DNA of 64,000 nucleotides from Octopus vulgaris (lineage: Eukaryota). Position numbers and translations under genes: made by a program. The stretch is from assembly GCA_951406725.2 (NCBI GenBank), contig OX597821.1:74152001-74216000 (forward strand). The letters run 5' to 3'. The notes beneath the pieces were generated by a model. The model worked only from the letters and a program-made list of their open reading frames with translations, had not been told where the DNA came from and ran no database searches. Shown piece after piece: positions 13,672 to 27,794 of this stretch (the first letter of the stretch is position 1; each line of letters begins with the position of its first letter).

Positions 13672-13693
13672 CATATGTGTATGTATGTATACG

Positions 13694-13724
<31 letters not shown>

Positions 13725-13834
13725 GTGTGTAGATCCATGTATGATCCTTGCATGTATCTATATCTACATACATGTAGATATATGTGTATATATATACATA
13801 TATACACACATTCATATATATTATATTATATACA

Positions 13835-13879
<45 letters not shown>

Positions 13880-13918
13880 GTATATATGTATATATCTATA
13901 TATCTATATATATATCTT

Positions 13919-13950
<32 letters not shown>

Positions 13951-13980
13951 CATATATATTGATACCTCTGTATATGTATA

Positions 13981-14059
<79 letters not shown>

Positions 14060-14064
14060 TTTTG

Positions 14065-14220
14065 GACAGCCTCCTTCCAGTTTCCGCCTACTAAATCCAC
14101 TCACAAATCTTTGGTCGGCCCGAGACTATATCAGAAGTTACCTAACCTCGGTGTCATACAGTGGGACTGAACGCGGAGCCAGTGGCTGGGAAGCAAGCGA
14201 CTTAACACACAGCCACGCTA
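14065..14220 (-). mobile_element. 5' half of SINE family 1
   Basis: CAGTTTCCG..TACTAAATCCACTCACAA...GGGACTGAAC...ACACAGCCAC; tRNA-like A/B boxes on the minus strand. Confidence 0.8.
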
Positions 14221-14313
14221 TGTATACATAATTTATATATATATATACGTATACATGTATGTATGTATGTATAAATGTATGTATATACATATATATATAT
14301 ATAAAGATATATT

Positions 14314-14360
<47 letters not shown>

Positions 14361-14439
14361 GTGTGTGAGTGTATAGGGAGAGAAGAGGGGAAAAAATGAG
14401 AATTGGAGAGATGGCCAGAAAGCGACATAAAAAAGGGAG

Positions 14440-14515
<76 letters not shown>

Positions 14516-14989
14516 TAAGCAAGGGAACAATAGTATAACAACAACAATAGGAGTGATAGCTAATTATAAATATTGATAGGTAGAAAAATACAAACGTAGA
14601 TATTTTGTTAATTTTGTAGTAATCAATGAATCCGCGGCTGACATCTTCCCTTAATTCTCAGCAATGAAATAACTGGATATGAAGCAACAACTGTAATATG
14701 TCGGAGAGACGTTGTTTAATATCCACCACAACAACACTCAAAGCAAGCTTCTAGGAAAAGCAAAATAGATGAACACACAACAAAGAAAAATCATGTTTAT
14801 AGAGAGAAGCTTATACATTCCCAGAGGAATATTTAATTTATAGGGCGTAGTTAAACATTTAATGTAGATATATATAATTGTGTGTGTATGTATTTGTGTG
14901 TGTGTGTGTGTGTACATATATATGTATAAACATAATTGTGTGTGCATATATATATATATCTATATATATATATACTTAAACACAAACAC

Positions 14990-15051
<62 letters not shown>

Positions 15052-15293
15052 AATTATATTAATGTATGCATATCGAAATGTTTCCCATATATATTTATAC
15101 ATAATATATTAGTGTGTAGCTCTATGACTGTTGGGATGAGTGTGTATATATTAATATTGTTACCTATGCGTCTGTCTGTGTGTCAGAATATACATATATA
15201 CATACGTGTGTATTTATATTTATATATATATATATATAAATATATGTATATGTATATATGTATATACATTTACATTTATTTGTACATATACAC

Positions 15294-15363
<70 letters not shown>

Positions 15364-15719
15364 ATATGTACAAATAAATGTAAATATATATACATATATA
15401 CATATACATACATACATGTATATATGAATACATATATGTGCATATATATATTTATATTTATATACATATATATATATGCTTACACATATATATATGCATA
15501 TATATATACACACACACATATATATACATGTATACATACACACAGATACATTTCATTTATTCACCTATATCCCATATTTATTTAGTGATATTACAGATAT
15601 ATATAAATAAATATATGTATATCTATATTTACATGTATATATATATATATATATTCATATATATCTGTATAGACATATTAATATTTCTTCTATAATATAT
15701 ATCCATCCATTCAATGTAT

Positions 15720-15750
<31 letters not shown>

Positions 15751-16167
15751 AGTGTGTGTGAGTGTGTATGTCTGTGTACATATATATGTATAAGCATAAT
15801 TGTATGTGCATATATGTATACATAAACACTCACACACACAGACACAGACACACACACACATGTATATATATATGCATATGAGATATGTACGTATACATAT
15901 AATTATATATGCATATTCATATAATTCCAAAATAGACAAATGTTGAATAACTTTTTGTGTAGCAATCATTACGTACACACCGAGATCCAGACGCATTCAC
16001 TGAGGTTTGTATGAACGAATTCAGTCAAGTACCGTTGACATTCATACACGTTATGTATAATATAATATATACCTATATATATAAAGATTGAAGGCTTCGA
16101 ATGACTTGTCTGTTTTCCGTGTTCGTCCCTTCGTGTATTTCACGTTCTTTATATATAAATCTTTATT

Positions 16168-16241
<74 letters not shown>

Positions 16242-16292
16242 TATACATATATGTATATTATATTACAGGAGAATGAGATATATATGTATATC

Positions 16293-16347
<55 letters not shown>

Positions 16348-16976
16348 ATATATATATACAAAAACATATGCGTTTATATACATAAATATGTGTATTTATA
16401 TATATGTGTGTGTGTATATATATGTATATATATATATATATACATATATATTCATATATAGATATGTATATATATATATGTATGTGTGAGTGTATATATA
16501 TATGTGTGCATGTTTGCGTGTGTATGTGTGTTTGTATGTCTCTGTGAGTGTACAATCTATAGGATGGATCCAAAAGAATAAGTACAATGCAGCGAAATGT
16601 TGAATAAGTGTTCTATGAAACAATGGACACACTTGTGTGTGGGTTGATTCCAGGATTAGAAAGTCGTATGGAGGAGAAACTGGATGAAATGTCTCCTTTT
16701 TGAATTTTTCCTGTTTTCTACTAAATACGTCTTATATATGTGTGTATACATACATACACAAATACATACATACACACATACATACATACACATACATACA
16801 TATATATATATATATATATTATTTATAAATGCATACAAACACAAGAACACACGCACACATATATACATATATGTACATATACACTTATGTACACATATCA
16901 CTCTGCATATATATATATATATATGTGTGTGCAAATACCCCTCTGTATATATGTATACATATGTACGTATATATAA

Positions 16977-17052
<76 letters not shown>

Positions 17053-17142
17053 TATATAGATATAAATGCATACAAACACAGGGACACACGCATACATATA
17101 TACACATATATACATATATAAATATCTACATTTATATCACTT

Positions 17143-17214
<72 letters not shown>

Positions 17215-17281
17215 CATACATACATACATACACACACACATATATATGTATACATACATATACATATATATACATACATAC

Positions 17282-17340
<59 letters not shown>

Positions 17341-17674
17341 GTATATATATGTATATATATATGCATATATGCATAAACATCCGTTTACACTCACGTTGCT
17401 ATGGGAACAAACATATGCGAAATGTCTATGGATTTGTGAGTGTATGAATGAGCGAATTAACGAATTCAGTTTGCGGTATCGTTAGCGTGTCGGATAAAAT
17501 GTTTAGAAGCACTTTAGGTAACACTGGGTTCAAACTGCGTCAAATCCGCTTTTGCCTTTCGGGGATTATAGAATAATACACTAATGAAGTAATGTATTGG
17601 AGGGAAATTAACGATCTTTTACTAAAATTAGGAATTATTACAATTGTTATTTCTTTTATTTGTGTCATTAATAT

Positions 17675-17851
17675 GACTACAGTCCTGCTGCAGCGACGCC
17701 TTCAGACGAGCAAATCGACCCCCAGGACTTATCCTTTGTAAGCCGGGGACGTAAACACACAGTCATCGGTTGTCAAGTGAAGTTGTGGCGGGAGAAACAC
17801 ACGGACATATACACATGCATACATACATACATACATACATATATACGTACA

Positions 17852-17912
<61 letters not shown>

Positions 17913-18075
17913 GACGGGCTTCTTTCAGTTTCCCTCTTCCAATATCCGCTCACAAGGCTTTGGTCTGCCCGAGGCTATAGTAGAAAACATTTGCCCTAGG
18001 TGCTACACAGTGGGACTGAATCTGGGACCATGTGGTTGGTAAGCATGCTATTTACCATACAGGCATTCCCGCACC
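17675..18075 (-). mobile_element. SINE family 1, near full length, with internal (TA)n
   Basis: Collinear with 22365-22777. Confidence 0.85.
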
Positions 18076-18273
18076 TTTGTATTTTCTTACATTATTTTAG
18101 TCGAGATGGTGCCTCTGATTCAGCCTTTCTGTGTCAGTGAAATAGGTACCAGTTTAAAACTGGGGATTGATGGAATTAACTAGCCAGCCCACACCAAACT
18201 TAAACACTTTGTGCCTATAGCAGGAGAAGGATTCTGGGATGTGTGCATGTTTATAATATATAGCAATAATTTA

Positions 18274-18333
<60 letters not shown>

Positions 18334-18429
18334 ATGTATGTATATATATTTATGTATGTACGTACATATGAATACACACACACACACCGCACATATGTAA
18401 AAGTATGCTGGTGCAAACTCGAAATGACA

Positions 18430-18662
18430 GTAATCCCTCGGCGTTCACGGGTGTTACGTTCCAACCCAAGCCCCGCGATTGGTGTAAATCCCAAAAGTAG
18501 AAACAGTACTGTATAATTTTTTTTTATTCTTTCCATAATTTGTATATATTTATTTTCTTATAAATGCAAAATAACACCACGGAGGAATCGACGTAACCTT
18601 AAATAATAAGCCGCGATAAGTGTACCGCGATAGGGGGAACGCGATATGGCTGGGGATTATTG
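18430..18662. mobile_element. Tigger/pogo-like MITE
   Basis: Terminal CAGTAATCCCTCGGCGTTCACG...CGCGATATGGCTGGGGATTATTG imperfect inverted repeats; non-coding interior. Confidence 0.6.
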
Positions 18663-18865
18663 GAGTTGTATATTTTTTATTAATACTTAACAGAAGTGAC
18701 AGTGTGACCCAACGTCCGAGGGTTTCGTGCGTTAGTGCCTACGCACGAAACTGTCGTATCCTGGGTAACTCTATTACTTCTGCTAAATATTAATGTACGT
18801 ATGTATATACATATATATATATATCTATATATATATATGTGCGTGTACTTATACATATACATATA

Positions 18866-18898
<33 letters not shown>

Positions 18899-18973
18899 AT
18901 ATGTATGTATATATATATATACATATATGTACGTTTATATACATGGAAAATACAAACATATTTGGATAACTAT

Positions 18974-19006
<33 letters not shown>

Positions 19007-19012
19007 CGTACG

Positions 19013-19054
<42 letters not shown>

Positions 19055-19218
19055 CATGCATTCTCATTGCTATTAGGTTGAAATAGTTTTTTTAGTGCGT
19101 TATATAAAAGTATTTAACACTTTACACGCGCACATTAATATATACACACTCACAAACACAGAAATCATAGCACACACACTCACATAAACACACACACATA
19201 TAAACGTGTGTTTGCATA

Positions 19219-19265
<47 letters not shown>

Positions 19266-19289
19266 AGATATATAGATATATACATGTGC

Positions 19290-19348
<59 letters not shown>

Positions 19349-19365
19349 CATATCAATCTCTCTTC

Positions 19366-19427
<62 letters not shown>

Positions 19428-19525
19428 GTCTGTCTGTCTGTCTATCTATAGATATAAATAAGTGCCTTATAATCTAAAACACATATTCACTAAAGCAGGC
19501 GACTCTACATATGAACATACACATA

Positions 19526-19579
<54 letters not shown>

Positions 19580-19679
19580 CATATGTATATATATATTTAT
19601 ACATACATATATGTATATATATAGATATATATAAATATACATACATGTATATATATATAGATATATGTGTGCACGTATG

Positions 19680-19710
<31 letters not shown>

Positions 19711-19735
19711 GTATGTATGTATGCATGCATGTATG

Positions 19736-19780
<45 letters not shown>

Positions 19781-20060
19781 ACAATTAATAAAAAACGAAG
19801 GAAATAAGAAAAAAAAACAACAACGTGCGGGCGTGGTGCAAAGTATTAAAACACTGAGATCATATACGATGTGAATACATATCTATATCTATGTATATGT
19901 GTATGCATCTATATATATACTCAAACCCACACACATATATATCCACACAAACGGACACAACTATATATATATGTTTATTTTTATTTCCCCCTTACACATG
20001 TATACATACTTATATTCGTATGTATACACAAATACACACACATTCACATACATACATGTG

Positions 20061-20091
<31 letters not shown>

Positions 20092-20196
20092 CATACATAC
20101 ACATATATATACACGTATATATATTTATATATATATAGATATATATATGTATATATGTATATTTATGCATAAGTATGTATGTATTCCCATAAATAT

Positions 20197-20242
<46 letters not shown>

Positions 20243-20254
20243 GTTGCAGGTCCC

Positions 20255-20630
20255 ATGGCAGGGCAGCGGACTCGCAGTCGTACGATCGAGGTTTCGATCC
20301 CCAGACTGGGAGTTGTGAATGTTTATTGAGCGAAAACAACTAAAGATCCACGAGTGTTCGGCAGGGTGTTGTGGTGAACCCTGCTGTATTCTTTCACCCC
20401 AACTTTCTCTCACTCCTCCTTTTTCTGTTGTACCTGTATTTCAAAGTGGCCAGCCTCGTCACACTCTGCGTCACAATGAAACTCCCCAAGAACAAGGTTA
20501 ACGATACACGTGTCTGTGGTGTGCTTAGCCATTTGCACATTAATTTCACAGGCTGGTTGTTCCGCTGATGGGATCCCTCGTCGTCCCGTTGACTGGAACC
20601 CTAGTTGTCAGAACTGACGGAGTGCTACGG
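20255..20630 (+). mobile_element. tRNA-derived SINE family 2 (tRNA-Arg-like head)
   Basis: AGGGCAGCGGACTCGCAGTCG...GGTTTCGATCCCCAGAC head; homologous to 29226, 37228 and 62540. Confidence 0.85.
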
Positions 20631-20643
20631 TGATTATATATAT

Positions 20644-20694
<51 letters not shown>

Positions 20695-20695
<1 letters not shown>

Positions 20696-20943
20696 TAATA
20701 TGTTACAATCACTCAATAGTCAAGAGAAAACTCTGAGTTTCAGATGCCGAAGTGGAAATCCACAACACCATCTCTTCGGTTATCTGGCCATCTGAAAAAA
20801 CGCTATGAAACTTCGGCATCTGAAACTCAGAGTTTTAACTTGACTATTGAGCAATTGCAACATTATTTTATAGATAAATTTCCTCTATTAACATAATATT
20901 GAGGTCTCTGTCTTTCTTTTGTTATCTTACCGTGTTTACCAAT
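20695..20943. mobile_element. Penelope-like family C: head-to-head inverted pair with hammerhead motif (20727-20781, minus)
   Basis: Arms 20701-20753 and 20810-20862; minus strand CCGAAGA-GAUG...CAUC-U-GAA-ACUCAGAGU; homologous to 58150-58398; flanked by (TA)n on both sides. Confidence 0.65.
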
Positions 20944-20963
20944 ATATATATAATTATATACAT

Positions 20964-20999
<36 letters not shown>

Positions 21000-21240
21000 G
21001 GGCTCATGGTCTAGTGGTTAGAGTTTTGCTCATGACCCTAGATGTAAATTTCGATCCCTGGACCGGGCAGTGACTTGTGTTCTTCAATAAACCACCTTAT
21101 TTCATGTTCCAATGCACTCAACTGAAAAAAATGTATAATCCTGCGACGGAGCGCCTTCCCGTCCAGGCTGGAGTGTTTATATGTCAGAGAAACCGGAACA
21201 CCTACTCCACGCTCCTTACGGAGTATTCTTGACTAACGAT
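21000..21240 (+). mobile_element. tRNA-derived SINE family 4 (CORE/V-domain-like), degraded
   Basis: TGGTCTAGTGGTTAG A box, TTTCGATCCC B box, CCTGCGACGG...CCCGTCCAGG...GAAACCGG; related to 52922-53112. Confidence 0.7.
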
Positions 21241-21366
21241 ACATCTTTCTCTCTTACCATATCCCTCGCTCACTATATATGTATATATATATATACATAT
21301 AATACAATAATATATATATATACAATAAATAATATATAATATATTTGTCTCCCTCTCTCTCTAAAT

Positions 21367-21406
<40 letters not shown>

Positions 21407-21407
<1 letters not shown>

Positions 21408-21858
21408 GTTAATCCAAACATGAAAACACAAAGAGAAAACACAACAGCGCGAGGACGTGAAACAAGTATAGTGTTATTGGACGCTCAGGAAAGGAAAAAC
21501 AGAAGGATGTAGCGTTTCGAGCGGAGCTCTTCCTCAGAAACATAGGGAAAAGAAAGATCCAAGGAAGGGAAGACGGAGGACACAAGTAGAAAAGTGGAAG
21601 TAGAAGAAGAAAGGTAAAAAGAGGACGAGGAAAAGAGGAAGAATCACGGACAATTTTTTGGATTTCCAGTCACAATTACAGTGGTGTACTCCGGATGAAT
21701 GGTAACAGTAATCCGTAGGTGTAAAATCCAGGAATTGATTATCCAAGTCAGTCAGAAGGCCAGGGTCCGTGTGAGCGTGCGGTATATAAAGTTAATCCAA
21801 ACATGAAAACACAAAGAGAAAACACAACAACGCGAGGACGTGGAACAAGTATAGTGTA
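21407..21858 (-). mobile_element. Penelope-like family B copy with partial tandem repeat; degenerate hammerhead at 21507-21541
   Basis: 21407-21470 is repeated at 21790-21858; minus strand CUGAGGA-A-GAGC(UCC)GCUC-GAAA-CGC. Confidence 0.7.
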
Positions 21859-22046
21859 TATATATACACGTGAGAGTTAGAGGTTGAGATAGTACATATC
21901 CTATATGCTACTGGTAGTAGTGTACCCAAGTATTCATACCCAAGTGCTGGTTATTGCGTGGCAATTTCGCAATCCATTGTCATACATAGGCGAGAGTTAA
22001 AAGTGGTTTATCCTTAATCTATACGGCAAAAAAACAAAATTGAGGC

Positions 22047-22289
22047 GATGCAAAAATGACATATATCAGCCGGTAGACATTGTATCATGTCTATTTATTC
22101 TAAAACATAAAGAAGTATTATCAGAATACATACACATGCAGAGACTGTTACACATATACGTACTAGTAATACATAAAATGCTATTACTAGTACAGTCTTT
22201 GCATGTGTATGTATTCTGATAATACCTCCTTATGTTTTAGAATAAATAGACATACTAGTCTACCGGCTGATGTATGTCATTTTTCCATC
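22047..22289. repeat. Long fold-back palindrome (~100 bp arms plus inner 12 bp stem)
   Basis: 22047-22147 is the reverse complement of 22193-22289; inner stem GTACTAGTAATA/TATTACTAGTAC. Confidence 0.85.
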
Positions 22290-22313
22290 CCCGCCATTTT
22301 CTTTTCTTTTGAC

Positions 22314-22347
<34 letters not shown>

Positions 22348-22364
22348 TCTTTACTCTTACTCTT

Positions 22365-22777
22365 TTACTTGTTTCAGTCATTTGACTGCGGCCATTATGG
22401 AGCACCGTCTTTAGTCGAACAAATCGACCCCAGGAACTATTCTTTGTAAGCCTACTCCTTAATCTATCGGTTTCTCTTTTGCCGAACCGCTAAGTTACGG
22501 GGACGTAAACACACCAGCATTGGTTGTGAAGCGATGTTGGAGGGACAAACACAGACGCACAAACATATACACACACATACATATATATACACACATATAT
22601 TTATACATATATACGACGGGCTTATTTCAGTTTCCGTCTACCAAATCCACTCACAAGGTTTTGGTCGGCCCGAGGCTATAGTAGAAGACACTTGCCCAAG
22701 GTGCCACGCAGTGGGACTGAACCCGAAACCATGTGGTCCGTAAGCAAGCTACTTATCACACAGCCAATCCTGCGCCT
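22365..22777 (-). mobile_element. Full-length tRNA-derived SINE family 1 (CORE-like central domain)
   Basis: Minus strand AGGCGCAGGATTGGCTGTGTGATAAG...GGGTTCAGTCCCACTGCGTGGCACCTTGGGCAAGTGTCTTC...ACTGAAACAAGTAAAAGAG; about 10 partial or full copies in the window. Confidence 0.9.
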
Positions 22778-22790
22778 ATATATATATAAA

Positions 22791-22912
<122 letters not shown>

Positions 22913-23126
22913 CATATATACACACATGCATATATATGTAACTGTCGATTGATGAAAATGAATGCTCAACACCTCACTGGTGGATAAAATTGCTTTATAT
23001 ATGATTTAATGCTACCATTGTTTTCATGTTAAGAAAACTAGAAAAATATCCTAGTGTTGTAACAATTTTTCAAGCCGATCACATGAATAAAGATGTTCGT
23101 CTCTTTTGTGCGCGCGTATATGTGTA

Positions 23127-23219
<93 letters not shown>

Positions 23220-23754
23220 GTCTATCTGTCTATCTGAAAATCTGAAAATACTAGTATATCTCATGCTCTGTGTAACTCCTTTTTGTGCCCTCCAATATAC
23301 TTTTACATTCCTGCATAAATAATCGCATGAGACACCCCTCTCCCTCTCTTTCCTCTCTTTTGTTATTACCTCACTTCATTCTATTTACGTTTTTCTTTTT
23401 TTTTAATGTCTATTTAGTTATTTGTCAGTCTCTGAATTCTTGTCATCTTTGGACTTTGGTGTTTGAACATGTTTGGCCGAATATTTCAATTCCAGCTTCG
23501 CTTTGTTGCATTTTTCTTGAACTTATCTATATTTTATCGGAATTTTAAATCTCACTTTGTGTTCATAGCATGTTCTTTTTACAGGAGAACGTATTTTTAA
23601 ATGGTACTCGTTTACAGAAATACTCACCTGCACAGACACACACACAATCAAATGAATGAATAAATACACACTGACACGAACATACATATATACATACATG
23701 CACACACACATGTACACACACACATATAAATGCATATATATATACTCTTTTACT

Positions 23755-23872
23755 CTTTTACTTGTTTCAGTCATTTGACTTTAGTCGAGGAAATCGATCC
23801 CGGGACTTATTCTTTGTAAGCCCAGTACTTATTCTATCGGTCTCTTTTGCCGAACCGCTAAGTAACGGGGAC
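23755..23872 (-). mobile_element. 3' fragment of SINE family 1
   Basis: CTTGTTTCAGTCATTTGACT...GCCGAACCGCTAAGT. Confidence 0.8.
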
Positions 23873-23931
23873 ATATATATATATGTATATATATATATAT
23901 ATGTATATGTATATATATATGTATATGTATA

Positions 23932-23980
<49 letters not shown>

Positions 23981-24300
23981 CAAGCTGTGTGTGTGTGTGT
24001 GTGTAACTTTCATTTTTGTACGTATGTGTGTATATCTATGCATAGACTTAATGCAATGGTAGCAGTAGAAAGAGGCCTGAAAACTGGCAGTAAACCTAAC
24101 TGAAAATTGTGTAGCGAGGTATATTTCTTAAGCATAAGTCTGAACTTCCGTAGTTCTTTTGATTGGCGCCTTTGATTCTCCAACAAAATCAAGTGTTTAG
24201 TGTGGTAATCATTTATAATGAATATTCAGAAAACGGAAATATGAGGGAAACGTATGATTGGCAGATACACATATACACATATACATACATATATTTATAC

Positions 24301-24354
<54 letters not shown>

Positions 24355-25253
24355 GTGTATGTGTAGATGATGGTATACGATGTGCACTTTGTATATATAA
24401 TAACTGAGCATGAACCTAACAGAAAAGGCACGTAACAAAATAATAAGAAACTAATATCTTGGACCAGCCTTAAAATGGCAGTCATGCTGAATGAACACTA
24501 CCAAATTAACGACATTCCCATTCAACTAATTCCATTCCGAAAATGTTTGTTAATGTGCAGCAGCAATAGTTTGATATATATCCAGGGTCTCTCATAATGA
24601 GATCGATCGTGGGATCAGATGCCTATGCAGACCTTTTCCTAGCCGCATAACTACGATCAATTTCATTCTGTCTGCCTGTCTGTCTCTCCCTTTGCAATCA
24701 AGGCTGTTTGCGAGAAGGTTTGTAAGAAACTAATTAGCAAACCCCTTTCTTGAATGGAGAAGCTACTTTCTTTGGAAATGTGATGGATCAGCCAACATTC
24801 TCTAATCTACAACTGGAATCGTCCTTGGGCAGATCGGTGTGTAGAACACAAGCTGAAATGGAAATCCCGATTTATATTAGAGTTGTCTGTAGTCCAAATC
24901 GTTCCGTCGCCAACCGTGGGAACTCTTTGCTGTCGTTCATTCTGCGAGATACGAAATACAGCAAACGACGCGCGTTGTATAATATAATAGATTACAGTAA
25001 GGTATAACACAGTAATAGTATCGTGTGGTACAGTGCAGTACATTACATTAATGTATAGAGTATAGAGTAGAATGGTGACCTAAGTGGGGGGAGAGCTGAT
25101 GAGAAAAGATAGGATGGTCTCCAGTGGAAAGCTTTTCATCTAGGATTGTCTCGTTCTAAACGCATAGAAACCCAAAATGAACCTGTCACGTGAGCAAAAT
25201 CTAAATATACCCCATTCACACATTCTCTTTATCTTTTATCTGTTACATATATA

Positions 25254-26583
25254 CATATGTCAAATAAATTATCTAAATTTTAGTTCCATCACAAATCCAA
25301 TTAGTGTTCTGTGGACTTTCACAATTTCACTAAAACACATTCCTTTTTCAAGCCCCAGGCATGGCTGCCATTGCATGAAAGCTCACCTTTTCAAGAAAAA
25401 TTTATTTTGTTTTTATTTCAGGAGGGTCATAATGCTGATAATGAACACAGACACTGGTTCTAGTTCACTATTATATATTTTCATTTGTCAGTTGGTTAAC
25501 TTATTCAACCAATTAACTAATCGATTTCTTAGATTGGTCAATCAATAGAACCACTAGTCTTGCCAAAGTCCTTTCGCATCTACTTATATATAAAATACAA
25601 ATGAAGGAAATAACTTTATTTTCTAACGCAAGATAATGCTAATAATATAGCTAATAATATAACTAGCCATATTTTGCAGAAAAAATCTGTTGGCGGCCAG
25701 CCATGAGACTCGAACTCACATCCATGTGATTACGCGTCAAGTGCGTTACCATTAAGCTAAACTCTCCGAACGACAAATTCTTCTGCAAATTTAGGATATA
25801 TAAATCTAGCTTTGTAAGAAGCTATCGTACGTTAAATTCGACTTAAGTTGAAAGTCAACGAATTTTGCTTTTGAAATATTTCAATAGAACAATTGACTAT
25901 TAATTTTTGGATCAACCATATGCCAATATGTTGCCCAAGGAACTGGCTTCATTGAATTACAGAAGTGGTTTTTCAGTCCATTCAACTTTGTATATTCCAA
26001 GTTTTATTTGTGTGAAACACTGATGTCAACGTCACAAACAGATAAATGCGGTTTCCTCTGTTGGGTCCCGAAAATTTCGCAGACCGAGAAATATCGCCGT
26101 ATTCTATAAATAAGGAAATTATCAGCATATTTTTGGAGAAGCATTCACAAAAGCATTGATACCAGCGATGATTCAGACAGTCTCTACAATTAACTAATTG
26201 AATTCTTAAACAGCAGTTTTTGTTTTTGAATCATTGATGAAGTAACAAATGCTTTTCTGTCACTGATGAAGTAACGAATGGTAGCGAAAAGTCTTTACAA
26301 GACTAATTGGTCGATTGATGACCTATCAAAATACTGATTAGTCAACTGGTTAAATAGTTAACCAATTGAGAAATGAAAAAATAACGAAGTCAAATATAAC
26401 CAGCGTATGTGTTTATTATTGCCATTATGACCCTCCCAGAGTAAAATAAAACAGTGTTTTGTCCTGAAAAGAGATGTGCTTTCATGCAATCGTATTTTCA
26501 CCTTGAAAAAAGGAACGTTTAAGTGAAATTGCGAAAATTTTTTTTGTGATGGAACAAAAACTTCATTAGTCCATTTACATATG
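25254..26583. mobile_element. Fold-back/MITE-like element with ~300-330 bp diverged terminal inverted repeats
   Basis: 25254-25583 aligns by eye to the reverse complement of 26281-26583 (e.g. GTTCCATCACAAA/TTTGTGATGGAAC, GGAGGGTCATAATG/CATTATGACCCTCC, TTGCATGAAAGC/GCTTTCATGCAA). Confidence 0.7.
25691..25767 (-). pseudogene. tRNA-like sequence (Thr-CGT-like pseudogene)
   Basis: TAGCTTAATGG A box, GTGAG-TTCGAGT-CTCAT T arm, CGT in a 7-nt loop; acceptor and anticodon stems mispaired; T6 run just downstream. Confidence 0.6.
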
Positions 26584-27073
26584 ATTGAAGGCTACTCTGA
26601 TTTTTAGGTGAATATTATGGAAAATGCTGGGCAAAGAATTATACAGAGGCTTTCAGCTATCGCTTCGAGAGACATTCGCAACGATTGTCAATAGTAAAAT
26701 AGTTCTGTTCTCCAGAAACGTATAATTTATTCGTTACCAATTAAATATAATTCTATCAGGAATTATATGGGATTGAGTCAGATTTTGTGGTAGAATTAAA
26801 AGAATTAACAGCTTTTTGTAACTGTAATTTCCTAGTGTCTTCAAAACATCCTTCATAACTGTATAATACCCAGGGAACTAAATATGATAAATTTGGGTAT
26901 ACATACTTAGGCTTAAGTACTTGGATTTGTCCAGATTCCTCCCTTATGATCATCATGAAGAACAATGAAAGAGGATGCCGAATGACGCTGCAGCGGGTTC
27001 ACATGGACACCGATGAGGACAAGTTAATGTGTGTGTGTGTGTGCGTACGCATGCATGAAGGCATACAATTATA

Positions 27074-27119
<46 letters not shown>

Positions 27120-27121
<2 letters not shown>

Positions 27122-27330
27122 CGGGAAAGTTTATGAAAATAAACAAAAGACGAAGGCAGGTGGAGTACAAACAAGCAAATGTATTAGTATAGCGCTCAGG
27201 AATAGAAATAGGAAAAGTCTTTTACGTTTCGATCCTACGCTCTTCGACAGAAAGATACACAGAAAAAAACAAGGAGAGAAAAAAATGCGTGTAGGAGCTA
27301 ACGATCTATCATGGCGTCCTGACTTCGGAC
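27120..27330 (-). mobile_element. Penelope-like family A copy with hammerhead motif at 27219-27254
   Basis: Minus strand CUUU-CUGUCGA-A-GAGC(GUAG)GAUC-GAAA-CGU-A-AAAG; tail abuts (TA)n. Confidence 0.7.
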
Positions 27331-27456
27331 AGTGTGTGTGTGTGTGTATTCATAGCTATGAACAAGTGTGCTTGTATGTATGTGTGCGCATGTGTAGACG
27401 CATACACAACAGCAGAGAGAAATAAAATGAATTGGTAAAGTCATAAAATACAAGAA

Positions 27457-27507
<51 letters not shown>

Positions 27508-27510
27508 AAA

Positions 27511-27564
<54 letters not shown>

Positions 27565-27574
27565 CCGCTCTGTT

Positions 27575-27780
27575 TTAGGCACAATGCCTGAAATTTTGGG
27601 GGAGTGGACTAGTCGATTACATCGACCTCAGTGCGTAACTGGTACTTATTTAATCGACCCCGAAAGAATGAAAGGCAAAGTAAACTTCGGCTGAATTTGA
27701 ACTCAGAACGTAAAGCCGGACGAAATGCAGCTAAGCATTTTGCCCAGAGGGCTAACGATTCTGCCAGCTGGCCAACTTAA
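27575..27780 (-). mobile_element. SINE family 3 with (ATT)n tail
   Basis: Minus strand GCTGGCAGAATCGTTAG...GAGTTCAAATTC...TTCGGGGTCGATT..AAGTACCAG. Confidence 0.8.
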
Positions 27781-27794
27781 TAATGTTTATCTTC

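Noticed and set aside
14850-17130. Short local duplications among microsatellites
   Set aside because: Low-complexity slippage products with no evident function
23615-23640. Minus-strand CAG|GTGAGT donor or recursive splice site
   Set aside because: Preceded by (TG)n microsatellite rather than an exon or pyrimidine tract; likely chance
26580-27025. Coding-looking sequence (also 33050-33430 and 57040-57340)
   Set aside because: Stops in all frames and no motif I can identify; possibly ancient TE debris, would need BLASTX
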